Origin: Candidatus Bathyarchaeota archaeon
Lineage (GTDB): Archaea; Thermoproteota; Bathyarchaeia; Bathyarchaeales; Bathycorpusculaceae
NCBI GenBank assembly: GCA_963833575.1
Contig: CAWHXY010000001.1
Location: 1-64,000, forward strand
Direction of reading: 5' to 3'
Length of the DNA stretch: 64,000 nt
Positions 1 through 9,637 of this stretch are shown piece by piece (position 1 is the first letter of the stretch; every line of letters begins with the position of its first letter). The notes under the pieces are model-generated. The model made no database searches. It was not told the DNA's origin and saw nothing but the letters and a program-made list of their open reading frames with translations. Made by a program: the position numbers and the translations under genes.

Positions 1-151
1 CTTGAACGAGGGAAATGTTTGAACGAGCAACCGAAACTACTGATGCAAAAACGTTAACCCGTGGGCGGATTAGCAGAAAGCTCTCGCTGGCTGAGTCCAA
101 ATTCCCACATACTTTTCCACCGAGGAAATAGCTCACGATGAGTGGTGTGGA

Positions 152-1422
152 ATGGCTGGACTTACAAAAACGCAAAAACCGTCCGAACGCGTATTTGGTA
201 ACAAAGCCGTTGCAAATACTTGTAAGTCGGATTCTCAGTTCGCCGGCACCAGTCCCCTCTGCCCACAATGCAGATCCGCCAAAGTCTGGCGCGATGCCCT
301 GCGCTATACTGATTTTGGAGACAAAATACAGCGATGGCTCTGTCGAGAGTGCGGTTTCCGATTCTCAGACCCAAACGACGTTAAAAATGCTTGGGGTTCG
401 CGCGAAAAAGCTGCAAAGTTCTCATCTGCAAATGAAATAAAAGCTTGTAACGACACACTATATACCAGCCAAATATGCGTCACGGAGACGAAAAACTTGG
501 CAGCAGAACAACAGAAAACTGAAGTTCTGCGGAGAAACGAAACATCCACAGCTAACGGTAAAATCATTGAGTACGAGTTCTGGATGCTAAAACAAGGATA
601 CGCAAAGAGCACCATAGAATGCCGAATAAAAATTATGAAACGCCTCATAAAACTCGGAGCTTGCATCTACGATCCAGAGTCAATAAAAGAAATCATAGCA
701 AGACAACCCTGGAGCGAAGGCAGAAAAGAAATCGTCGTTGAAGCCTACACCAACTTCCTAATCATGGCTGGAGGCAAATGGGATCCGCCGAGATATCACC
801 GAATCGAAAAAATACCCTTCATCCCAACAGAGCAAGAAATCGACCAACTCATCGCCGGATGCGGAGAAAAATCCTCAGCGCTCCTTCAATCACTCAAAGA
901 AACAGGAATGCGAATAGGAGAAGCCTGGAACCTCAAATGGACCGACATAGACTTCGTAAACTCAACAATTAGCATAACACCTGAAAAAGGCAGCCATGCG
1001 AGAATGTTCAAAATTTCAAGCAAACTGCTAGCAATGATAAACAAGATGCCTAGGAAGTCAGCTAAAATATTCGGCACCTACGAACTGCGAGGATACAGGA
1101 GCTCATTCGTTGGACAACGCAAAAGAACAGCACGCAAACTTCAAAACCCACGAATAAACCAAATAACATTTCACACATTCCGCCACTGGAAAGCAACCAT
1201 GGAATACCACAAAACCAAAGACATCCTCCACGTCATGCGACTCTGCTCGGCCACAAAAACATCAAAAACACTCTAATCTACACCCAACTGGTAACTTTCC
1301 AAAACGATGACTACACCTGTAAAGTTGCAGCAAACATTAAGGAAGCATCCGAGCTTATCGAAGCAGGTTACGAATATGTCTGCGAAATGGATAGCCAAAA
1401 ACTCTTCAGGAAGCGCAAATAA
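152..1422 (+). pseudogene. Tyrosine recombinase/integrase with N-terminal Zn ribbon, frameshifted near the 3' end
   Basis: ORF 152-1276 has CPQC..CREC, TGMRIGE (catalytic R) and FHTFRH (HxxR). The missing LLGHKNIKNTLIYTQL (catalytic H and Y) continues in another frame from 1243 to TAA 1420-1422. Confidence 0.88.
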
Positions 1423-1446
1423 AATTACTAAAACTTTTATCGCCAG

Positions 1447-1477
1447 AGAGCTGGGGGTTTATCCAAAAGAGCTGGGG
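1447..1477. repeat. 10-bp direct repeat AGAGCTGGGG (1447-1456 and 1468-1477) duplicating the tRNA-Cys 3' end; att-like
   Basis: Exact repeat read directly, between the integrase stop and the tRNA. Confidence 0.5.
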
Positions 1478-1542
1478 ATGGGAATTGAACCCATATATAA
1501 CAGCTCTGCAGGCTGTCGCCTGAACCATTCGGCCACCCCAGC
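1470..1542 (-). tRNA. tRNA-Cys (GCA)
   Basis: Reverse complement folds as a cloverleaf: GCTGGGG/CCCCAGC acceptor, ACAGC-CTGCAGA-GCTGT anticodon arm, ATGGG-TTCAATT-CCCAT T arm, U discriminator. Confidence 0.95.
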
Positions 1543-1630
1543 ATCTTTAATCTAGTTTGGAGTCCCACATAAAAATATTGTTGGCTCTATAGCTTTATCT
1601 ACTATTCAAATTTAATGCTTGGCTGCTGAA

Positions 1631-1993
1631 TTATTTTTTGAAGGCTAAACCGGAGAATAATGCAACTGTTTTATCCAGATTTTTCACGGTTACTTGGTAT
1701 AAGCCCATTGTTTTGCCGTCAGAAACCCTAACTGCTTCAGCCATTAGCGTATCTCCTTCAACAGAGGGCTTAAGAAAATTTATGCTAACCTGAACTGCGA
1801 CAGCAACATTATCTCCAAAGTTGCATGCTTGAGCAAAAGCATAGTCTGCCATTGAAAAGATTGCGCCGCCATGAGTGAAGCCCAATGCATTTGTATGGTT
1901 TTTCTCAACTTTCATTGAAACTTTTGCGTAGCCGTCTTTTGTTTCGAGAACCTTCATGCCTAGAGCTTCGGCAAAATGGTCTGTGCCTTTCAT
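1631..1993 (-). CDS. paaI: PaaI-family hotdog-fold acyl-CoA thioesterase
   Basis: NALGFTHGGAIFSMADYA motif; clustered with paaK. Confidence 0.88.
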   Translation of the reverse strand: MKGTDHFAEALGMKVLETKDGYAKVSMKVEKNHTNALGFTHGGAIFSMADYAFAQACNFGDNVAVAVQVSINFLKPSVEGDTLMAEAVRVSDGKTMGLYQVTVKNLDKTVALFSGLAFKK

Positions 1994-3084
1994 TTTGTTT
2001 TTGTTCCTTTAGGTTTGTCCTCGGTTATTATGTAAGTATAGAATTTGCGGAGCAGTGATGTTAAGCCTTTAGGAGAGAAAATAACGATAATGAGGAGGAT
2101 AACGCCAATGATTAGGTAGGTTAATGGTGGTCCAGCATAACTGACTTTGGGAAATAATGGGCCAAGGGTTGAACTCAAAGATTGAGTTACACTTTGAAGG
2201 CTCAGAATTTGTATGATGGATGTTAGGAAAATTGCTCCGATAATTGGTCCACTTAATGTGCCTAAGCCTCCTATGACCGTCATTATTAGCGGCAAAAACG
2301 AATTTGCAGGAGAGAAAATGGAATTGTCAACAAACCTGATGAAATAAACGTATAATCCTCCTGCTATGCCAGCAAAAAAAGTGCTAATAACAAACGCTAT
2401 TAACTTGTATTTGGCCGTGTTAATTCCAATCATTCGAGCTTCAGCTTCATTCCCATGAATGGCTCTGAAAGCCAACCCCATGCGCGACTTCATAATTAAA
2501 TACATAACCGTGATGGAAGTTGCCGCGAAAGATATCACTAAAATGTAAAATGAGTATCCTCCAGGCACAAATGTTGTTGGTGCAAAACCGCTTATCCCGT
2601 TAGTGAAAGAATCAAATTGGCTTGAAAGACTGTAGGCGATTACTGTGAAACCGAAGGTTACCATAGCTAGATACCAGGCTTTCAACCGTACACAAGCTAA
2701 ACCAATCAACAAGCCGATTCCAGCAGAAATCAAGCCCCCGATGAGAAGCACAGAAACTTGAATAAGCACAGACAAAGCTCCAATCGGAATCGAATTGACA
2801 CCCAAAACCCCAATTAAGCCATTTGATATTCTTCCACCAATTATTGCCGATGAGAAACCGCCGATCCCCAAGAAAGCAGCATGCCCAAGTGAGCCTTGCC
2901 CTGAATTAGCTAGAAAATTCCAGCTTGCCGCATAAATTGCAAAAATAAAAATTAACGTAAAAACGAACAAGAAGAAACTATCAGTAATGAATATTGGAAT
3001 CAAGGCTAAAACTGCAAAGCAGACCACTAAAAGTTGAAAAGATTTAGAACGAAAGAACATGGTCAGTTGCTGTTGTAGTGGCAT
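1990..3084 (-). CDS. livM: Branched-chain amino acid-type ABC transporter permease (LivM)
   Basis: GQGSLGHAAF and YLAMVT motifs; hydrophobic; ATG 3084 directly follows the livH stop. Confidence 0.88.
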   Translation of the reverse strand: MPLQQQLTMFFRSKSFQLLVVCFAVLALIPIFITDSFFLFVFTLIFIFAIYAASWNFLANSGQGSLGHAAFLGIGGFSSAIIGGRISNGLIGVLGVNSIPIGALSVLIQVSVLLIGGLISAGIGLLIGLACVRLKAWYLAMVTFGFTVIAYSLSSQFDSFTNGISGFAPTTFVPGGYSFYILVISFAATSITVMYLIMKSRMGLAFRAIHGNEAEARMIGINTAKYKLIAFVISTFFAGIAGGLYVYFIRFVDNSIFSPANSFLPLIMTVIGGLGTLSGPIIGAIFLTSIIQILSLQSVTQSLSSTLGPLFPKVSYAGPPLTYLIIGVILLIIVIFSPKGLTSLLRKFYTYIITEDKPKGTKTK

Positions 3085-3085
3085 G

Positions 3086-3964
3086 CTATTCTCCCTTAAT
3101 CCCGAATAATCCATTAGGCTTGATTATGAGTACAACTATGAGTAGAATAAAAGCAACTGCGCTAGACCAGATTCCCCCGAAAAACAGCGTAGCTAACTGT
3201 TCAGTAATTCCATAAAGCAATGCTCCAACGATGGCTCCTCGTATGCTTCCTAAGCCTCCAAGAATGATAATTGCAAACGCTATGATTGTTGGCATGGATC
3301 CGCTTTGTGAATTGAAGGAAAAGATGATTCCGTACAATCCACCGGCGGCAGCGGCTAACGCTGAACCTAAGGCAAAAGTAATCATGTATATCTTTTCAAC
3401 GTTTATGCCCATCAGCGTTGCTGTTTTGTTGATTTGACTTGTTGCTCTCATTGCTAAACCAATCTTTGTTTTGTACAAGAGCAATCCGAAACTAACTAAA
3501 ACAGCGGCCACTACAAAAATCGCAACAATGCGGTCATATGTTATCGATATGCAGGTTAAGTTCAAACTGGAGCCGTAAAAAGGGCTTTTGATCTGCTGAG
3601 ATTGATCTCCCCAAATAAGTAAGGCCGCGTTCTCAAAAATATAGATCAAACCAAGACTAACAAAAATTTCATTTAGTTTTTCCGTTCCTAAAACTCTACG
3701 AAAAGTTAAGCGTTCAATTACTACACCTAACCCAGCAACAGCAATCATCGAGACAAGAATTGCCACGTATGCGTTTAAGCCGGTGGCAACGGAGATTGTC
3801 CAAGTGAGGTACGCGCCTATCATGAGAAATTGGCCGTGGGCAAAATTGACTAGTTTCATAACGCCAAAAATAATGTTTAGTCCGGAAGCAAGCAACATGT
3901 AAATGCAGCCTATTGCGATACCCCAAATCAAAGTTAGAGCAATTGTTCCAGCGGTTATGTCCAT
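3086..3964 (-). CDS. livH: Branched-chain amino acid-type ABC transporter permease (LivH)
   Basis: GLNIIFGVMKLVNFAHG, GLAMRA and ILGGLGS motifs. Confidence 0.92.
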   Translation of the reverse strand: MDITAGTIALTLIWGIAIGCIYMLLASGLNIIFGVMKLVNFAHGQFLMIGAYLTWTISVATGLNAYVAILVSMIAVAGLGVVIERLTFRRVLGTEKLNEIFVSLGLIYIFENAALLIWGDQSQQIKSPFYGSSLNLTCISITYDRIVAIFVVAAVLVSFGLLLYKTKIGLAMRATSQINKTATLMGINVEKIYMITFALGSALAAAAGGLYGIIFSFNSQSGSMPTIIAFAIIILGGLGSIRGAIVGALLYGITEQLATLFFGGIWSSAVAFILLIVVLIIKPNGLFGIKGE

Positions 3965-4088
3965 GTTGCAGTTGTTCCCTCAATCATTATCAATAAACTC
4001 TTGGCTTTGTTATCCTCACTTGACTATTTAAAATGTTTTTTAGTTTGAGAAAATTAAAAGAAGAAAAATTTTTGGTAGGAAGCTTATT

Positions 4089-5465
4089 TTAGCTTCCAGG
4101 TTGGTAGCCTGTTGGCAATGTAAAGTCTGCTTGTTTGAAATTGCTTATGCCTGGTACTGTTGCTGGCCAAACTATTTGAGACTCCAATTGACTAGTTGTC
4201 GCGTTCCATTTGAGTTGCTCCATGAACGTCACTGGGCCAATTTCGTGATAGTTAACGCCTGTGCTGAATTGTATTTTGCCTGTACTGGTTAAGAGGAGTC
4301 TTTGGGGCATGTTTGTGTTCTCTATTGCTTGGCGTACAGATGCTTTGTCGAGTGTTCCAGCGTTTTGAATCGCGCTCTTTGCGATGTAGACTGCATCATA
4401 TGTGTCAACTCCCATCATTCCTGGCATTACATGGTAGGTTTGGTTGAACTTCAGTGAATAAGCTTGTACTGCTGGCAAATATGAGGGCACTTGGAATGGG
4501 TCCATTTTAGACTCCAAAAGTTGGTCGTTACCAGTTGCTCCTAGCAGATTGTAGAATACTGGGTCTTGATTGTTCTCTACAGCAGCGTAAACAGTTTTTA
4601 ATCCTACGTCATTCCATCCTTGCTGGATAACCAATGGGGTTATGTCTGGATTGTCAGCGACAAATACTGCGTCTGGATTTGCTTGCTTGATTACGGTTAA
4701 GTCAGTTTGGAAACTGTTGGCGGTTGTTGGGTGTTTTCTGTCTGCTACAATCGTAATTGGTAAGCTTTCGTTTTGGATCCAATATTTAGCTGCTTGTTCA
4801 ACAGCGTTCCCAAAAGAGTCATCACGGTAATACAACGCAAGATTGAAATTTCGGTTTGGCGCTACCATCGGTTTCATTTCTTGAGCAAAGAAGTCAACAA
4901 CTGTTTTTGCGTAATCGTAGGTTGTCGTGCAATAGTGGAACATGTAACTTACTCCCTCAGCGTCACTGAGACTGTAAGTTCCCGTTGCTCCAAATCCGCC
5001 ATAGTTGCCTTGTGGTCCTCTTCTTGTGACAAGCTGGTTTGACGCTCCGGTGATTATGAAAGGAACTTTGTTTTGGATAGCTACTACTTCGTCAGCAAGA
5101 GTCGCTGCACTTCCATAACCGCCGATGAGCATATCTACTTGGTCAGATTGAACCGCTTTAGTCATTGCTGTAACTGCATCGGCAGGTACTCCGTCAGTTC
5201 CGGTGTCAACTGTTACTAAAGTTATGTTCACTTTAGTGTTCCACCCCGAAACCGAGATTCCGCCTCCGCTATTAATTTCGTCCACGGCCATTTGTGCTGC
5301 TTTCTGCATGTCTTGTCCGATTGAAGTAGACAATGGTGCAACTAAACCAATTTTGACATTTCGAGCATCTGCCGAAGCTGCTGGTTTTGTTGTTAATTCG
5401 TAAGCTGCAACGCTTGATATCGCTATTATTGCAATTACTATCAAAGCTAGTATTTTCTTATTCAA
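4089..5465 (-). CDS. livK: ABC transporter substrate-binding protein, LivK/Leu-binding family
   Basis: N-terminal signal/anchor, KIGLVAPLS, AVDEIN..GG, YDAVY; TTG start. Confidence 0.85.
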   Translation of the reverse strand: MNKKILALIVIAIIAISSVAAYELTTKPAASADARNVKIGLVAPLSTSIGQDMQKAAQMAVDEINSGGGISVSGWNTKVNITLVTVDTGTDGVPADAVTAMTKAVQSDQVDMLIGGYGSAATLADEVVAIQNKVPFIITGASNQLVTRRGPQGNYGGFGATGTYSLSDAEGVSYMFHYCTTTYDYAKTVVDFFAQEMKPMVAPNRNFNLALYYRDDSFGNAVEQAAKYWIQNESLPITIVADRKHPTTANSFQTDLTVIKQANPDAVFVADNPDITPLVIQQGWNDVGLKTVYAAVENNQDPVFYNLLGATGNDQLLESKMDPFQVPSYLPAVQAYSLKFNQTYHVMPGMMGVDTYDAVYIAKSAIQNAGTLDKASVRQAIENTNMPQRLLLTSTGKIQFSTGVNYHEIGPVTFMEQLKWNATTSQLESQIVWPATVPGISNFKQADFTLPTGYQPGS

Positions 5466-5521
5466 TATATTTCCCCTGCTTTTTCTTTGCTATATCAATG
5501 GATATAGCTAATAAAATTAAC

Positions 5522-6103
5522 TCATAATACGCTTTTTCTGCCCAGTTCAAACGCTTTGAGGTTTAAGTTAATGTATTTTTCTTTTATCCTGCCCGCTATT
5601 GCCTCTTGGAAAGCTTCTTGTTTTACTGGAACATCGGGCAGAGCAGATAAGGCTCCAAGAAGAATGGTATTTACAACCAGAAGGTTTCCTAATTTTTGAG
5701 CCATGCCCGCTCCATCTACCTCATGAACCTTACCTTTGGACCTTAAAATCTGCATTAATTCTTCAGTTTTCTTAGGTTTAACCCCTGATACACTGCAACT
5801 TGGAGGAATATATTTCATGTTAACAACTATGTTGCCGTTATTTTTTAGCATAGGAACTGCTCTCGCCGTTTCAAGCATTTCGAAACCAACCAGCACATCA
5901 GCTTTTCCAGTTTCAATCAGCGGAGACTCAACCTTATCACCAATTCTTGCATACGCCACAATCGAGCCTCCCCTTTGTGCCATACCATGAATTTCAGCTT
6001 TAGCGACATCAAAACCGTCAATCATTGCAGCTTCACAATATATGTCACTTAAAACTACAACCCCTTGCCCTCCAACGCCGCTAAAAACTGTATCAATTTT
6101 CAT
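5522..6103 (-). CDS. iorB: Indolepyruvate:ferredoxin oxidoreductase beta subunit
   Basis: GVGGQG and EIHGMAQRGGS motifs; ATG at 6103 overlaps the iorA stop (ATGA). Confidence 0.93.
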   Translation of the reverse strand: MKIDTVFSGVGGQGVVVLSDIYCEAAMIDGFDVAKAEIHGMAQRGGSIVAYARIGDKVESPLIETGKADVLVGFEMLETARAVPMLKNNGNIVVNMKYIPPSCSVSGVKPKKTEELMQILRSKGKVHEVDGAGMAQKLGNLLVVNTILLGALSALPDVPVKQEAFQEAIAGRIKEKYINLNLKAFELGRKSVL

Positions 6104-8292
6104 TTTTCTTTTCTCCTTATGGCTTCGAAGGGACAGACAGTCTCGCAGACGCCACATCCGTAACAAAGAGTCGTATCTATCTCGGCTCGTTCGCCCGATT
6201 GGGAGATGGCTGGGCACCCGAAGGCTTTTACGCACACTCCGCAACCGTTGCATTTTTCCAGGACTTCTCTAGGTTTGCCTCTTTCGATTAATAGTGGACA
6301 GGGTTTTTGTGAGATGATGACTGATGGTCCATTATATTCGAGTGCTTGTCTTATTGCCTCGGTTGTGGCTTTAATGTCATATGGATCCACGATGTCGACT
6401 TTGTCTATTCCAATGGCTTTTGCCACATCTTGAATTCTGACTATTTTCGCGTCAAAACCCATGGCAGTTTTTCCAGAGCTTGGTGTCGGCTGATGACCGG
6501 TCATGGCAACCGTGCTGTTATCCAGGATAATAACGCAGACGTTAGCCTTGTTGTACACTATATTTAGCAATCCGGGCATTCCCGCATGGAAAAAAGTTGA
6601 ATCCCCAATAACTGCGAAAACCTTCTCTTTTACTCCAGCATGAACCATCCCTGCAGCCTGCGAAATTCCAGCCCCCATACATAAGCAAGATTGAACGGTA
6701 GTTACAGGCGGCAAAACACCAAGCGTATAACAACCAATGTCGCCAGTGACAATTTTATCATCTGATTTTCCAGTCAAACTCAATGCGCTTTCAGGGCAAG
6801 CGGGAATACATTTCGGATCTCCATTGCAGGTGTCGCAAATCATGACTTTATGTGTGTTCGGATGAAGCGTGATTGCGCCGTATTTGCAGGTTTCCATGCA
6901 CCATCTGCAGCCATTGCATTTTTCTTCATCAACCGAAATGGCGCCAGTTTCTGGTGATTGCCTTATCGCTTTTGGTTCGCAAGCGATTACGCATGGCGCA
7001 TCTTTGCATGAATTGCAGGTTACTGCAGTATTGAAGGTTTGACCGATTCTAACTGAACGGATTCTAGATTTTATGGGATTGAATACTTTTTCTTTCTCAA
7101 AAGAGCAAGCGTATTCGCATATGTCGCAGCCTACACATTTTTCGCTGTCGCAATGGACATGCTGGTTAACCATGTTTAATGCATAGTAGAAGGCACGATG
7201 AGGGCATCCTGGGCAAAGCGCAGGCGGCCTTGGAGGCAAATTCAAAATCGCAGGAATCTCCCCCTTAGACGTCAAATGTAAATTTGCAAGAACTTGCCGT
7301 ACTCTATCGGGCGTAAGCTCGCCAATTTCCTCCAATCCCAGCTCGTTTTTTCCTAAAACATGCAAGCCTAATCTCTGGAAGTTTTCCTCAAGATAAGGTC
7401 TTAGCTCCTCAATTACAATCATTTTTTTGACTTTAAGTGCAAATCTTCTGGCCATTTCTGTTGGAAAAGGATAAACAAACCCTAACTTTAGCCACGAAAA
7501 CTTTTTCGTGTCAAGAACTGACCGCGCATAATAGTAACCTACTCCGCTTCCTACTATTCCAATTTCACTTGAATTGTCTTCAATAAAATTGAATCTTGAA
7601 TGGTTGACAAGTGTTTTTGCCTCAGCCATCTTGACCTCTAAAACTCTGTGTTGCCGAATAGCATTTGAAGGGACCATAACCCATTTTGAACTTTGCTTGT
7701 CAAATTTCGGCTTTCGAGTCAGATTTTGCATTCGGCCAAGTTTCACTCTGGCTTTTCCGTGAGCTACTCTTGTTGTTAAGCGCAGTATGACTGGCAAATG
7801 CAGTTTTTCGCTTATCTCAAAGCCTTCTTTCGCCATATCCAAGGCCTCCTGAGGGCTACCAGCATCAAGCAACGGTAACTTTGAGTGCAGCGCAAAGTAT
7901 CTCGTATCCTGCTCATTTTGGCTACTATGTAATGCAGGATCATCGCATACCGCAATTACCATTCCGCCCTCAATTCCCGTGTAAGCTAAAGTCATAGCGG
8001 CATCAGCAGCCACGTTTAAGCCAACATGCTTCATAGAAACAATAGAGCGAACACCTGCCATTGAAGCGCCGGCAGCAACCTCCGCAGCCACAATCTCGTT
8101 AATGCTCCATTCAGCATAAATACCGAATTCTCTTGCAAATTCAGCAATGGTTTCCAAAATTTCAGTGGCCGGAGTTCCAGGATAGGATGAAGCAACTTTC
8201 ACGCTGGCTTCCAAAGCCCCTCTTGCAACAGCTTCATCGCCGTTTAACAAGGCAAAAGTGGCTGGCTTATCTTGTGCAATCTTGGAAGTCAT
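6100..8292 (-). CDS. iorA: Indolepyruvate:ferredoxin oxidoreductase alpha subunit with an internal polyferredoxin insert
   Basis: YPGTPATE, MKHVGLN, SSQNEQD, CPGCPH, GDIGCY, GDSTFFH..DN (TPP) and C-terminal ferredoxin; start taken at MTSK (8292). Confidence 0.93.
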   Translation of the reverse strand: MTSKIAQDKPATFALLNGDEAVARGALEASVKVASSYPGTPATEILETIAEFAREFGIYAEWSINEIVAAEVAAGASMAGVRSIVSMKHVGLNVAADAAMTLAYTGIEGGMVIAVCDDPALHSSQNEQDTRYFALHSKLPLLDAGSPQEALDMAKEGFEISEKLHLPVILRLTTRVAHGKARVKLGRMQNLTRKPKFDKQSSKWVMVPSNAIRQHRVLEVKMAEAKTLVNHSRFNFIEDNSSEIGIVGSGVGYYYARSVLDTKKFSWLKLGFVYPFPTEMARRFALKVKKMIVIEELRPYLEENFQRLGLHVLGKNELGLEEIGELTPDRVRQVLANLHLTSKGEIPAILNLPPRPPALCPGCPHRAFYYALNMVNQHVHCDSEKCVGCDICEYACSFEKEKVFNPIKSRIRSVRIGQTFNTAVTCNSCKDAPCVIACEPKAIRQSPETGAISVDEEKCNGCRWCMETCKYGAITLHPNTHKVMICDTCNGDPKCIPACPESALSLTGKSDDKIVTGDIGCYTLGVLPPVTTVQSCLCMGAGISQAAGMVHAGVKEKVFAVIGDSTFFHAGMPGLLNIVYNKANVCVIILDNSTVAMTGHQPTPSSGKTAMGFDAKIVRIQDVAKAIGIDKVDIVDPYDIKATTEAIRQALEYNGPSVIISQKPCPLLIERGKPREVLEKCNGCGVCVKAFGCPAISQSGERAEIDTTLCYGCGVCETVCPFEAIRRKEK

Positions 8293-8302
8293 GTTGAATC
8301 CT

Positions 8303-9619
8303 TTACATTTTGCCTTTGCGCAAATCCAAAACTCTTTTTGCTTTTCCTTCGGTTCTAGGGAGCTCGCCTGGCTTAACAATTTCCACATCAGCGGATATGC
8401 CAGTTACTATGTGAATTCTTTTCTGGATGTCATTCTTCAACGCATTCTTATCCATCTTTGGATCTTTGGAAGCTTTTTCAGATAATTCGACCTTTACAAC
8501 AAACGTGTCTAATGCTCCAGGCCTATCAACTACTATGAGATATTGAGTAGCTAGTTCTGAGAAACACATTACTGCAAACTCTATTTGTGATGGGAAAACG
8601 TTTACTCCACGAATGATCAACATGTCGTCTGATCTTCCGTGCACACGAGCCATTCTGGCATGTGTCCGTCCGCATTTGCAAGGGGCGGTTTCTATTTTGG
8701 AAATATCTCTTGTCCTGTACCTGAGCATGGGTAAGCCTGTTTTACTTAATGTTGTAAAGATAAGTTCACCTTCTTCTCCGGTAGGCAAAACTTCGCCAGT
8801 GTCTGGGTCAATTGTTTCTACAATAAAATGATCTTCGGCAATATGCAACCCATTTTGCTCAGGACATTCGATTGAAACGCCTGGACCGCAAAGTTCAGTT
8901 AATCCGTAAACATCGAACGCTTTTATTCCAAGGTCATTTTCAATTCTTTCTCTAATCTTGTCTGACCAAGGTTCTGCCCCAAACATTCCAATTTTAAGTT
9001 TGAGGTCTTTTCTTGGGTCAATCTCATCTTGCTCCATAGTTTCTGCTAAGTAAACTGCAAAGCTTGGAGTACAAGCCAAAATCGTGGCTTCAAGGTCTTT
9101 CATAAGTTTTATTTGGCGTTGAGTCATTCCCCCACTCGCAGGAATAATTTTGGTTCCAACTTTTTGAGCACCGTAATGGAAGCCCATTCCGCCTGTAAAT
9201 AAGCCGTAGCCATATGCGATGTGTATTACGTCTTGTTGCCTACCGCCTGTGGTGTATATGGATCTTGCCATTAATTCTTGCCAGACATCCAAATCGCTTC
9301 TTGTGTAGGCACCGACAATTGGGTTTCCAGTTGTTCCACTTGAAGCATGAATCTCACATATCTCATCAGATTTGACAGCGACCATGCCGAACGGGTAATT
9401 ATCTCGTAAATCAGCTTTAACTGTAAAAGGAATTTTCTTAAGATCATCAAGGGAGCGTATGTCTTCAGGCTTTAACCCGATGCCGTCAAATTTTTTCTTG
9501 TAAAAACCGCTGTTTTCGTAGCAATGTTTGACCTGTTCTTTTAGTTTCTTGAGCTGATGCTTTTTTATTTCTTCAGTGGGCATGGTTTCGATTTTTTCGT
9601 TCCAGTAATTGCCAGTCAT
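8303..9619 (-). CDS. paaK: Phenylacetate-CoA ligase
   Basis: HASSGTTG, YGLTE, RYRTRD, GRSDDMLIIRGVNVFP, PRTEGK motifs. Confidence 0.93.
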   Translation of the reverse strand: MTGNYWNEKIETMPTEEIKKHQLKKLKEQVKHCYENSGFYKKKFDGIGLKPEDIRSLDDLKKIPFTVKADLRDNYPFGMVAVKSDEICEIHASSGTTGNPIVGAYTRSDLDVWQELMARSIYTTGGRQQDVIHIAYGYGLFTGGMGFHYGAQKVGTKIIPASGGMTQRQIKLMKDLEATILACTPSFAVYLAETMEQDEIDPRKDLKLKIGMFGAEPWSDKIRERIENDLGIKAFDVYGLTELCGPGVSIECPEQNGLHIAEDHFIVETIDPDTGEVLPTGEEGELIFTTLSKTGLPMLRYRTRDISKIETAPCKCGRTHARMARVHGRSDDMLIIRGVNVFPSQIEFAVMCFSELATQYLIVVDRPGALDTFVVKVELSEKASKDPKMDKNALKNDIQKRIHIVTGISADVEIVKPGELPRTEGKAKRVLDLRKGKM

Positions 9620-9637
9620 TGCTTTTCCCTCTCTTTT

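Noticed and set aside
1307-1555. 82-aa ORF in the track
   Set aside because: Out of frame with the true integrase C-terminus and runs antisense through tRNA-Cys
6104-6253. Extended N-termini in the ORF track (iorB; also iorA, msrB, ogg, hoxU)
   Set aside because: They overlap neighbouring genes or non-coding DNA; downstream starts give canonical lengths or stop-start coupling
6770-7165. IorA insert as an intein or intron
   Set aside because: No Hint or His-Asn splice motifs; it is an in-frame ferredoxin domain
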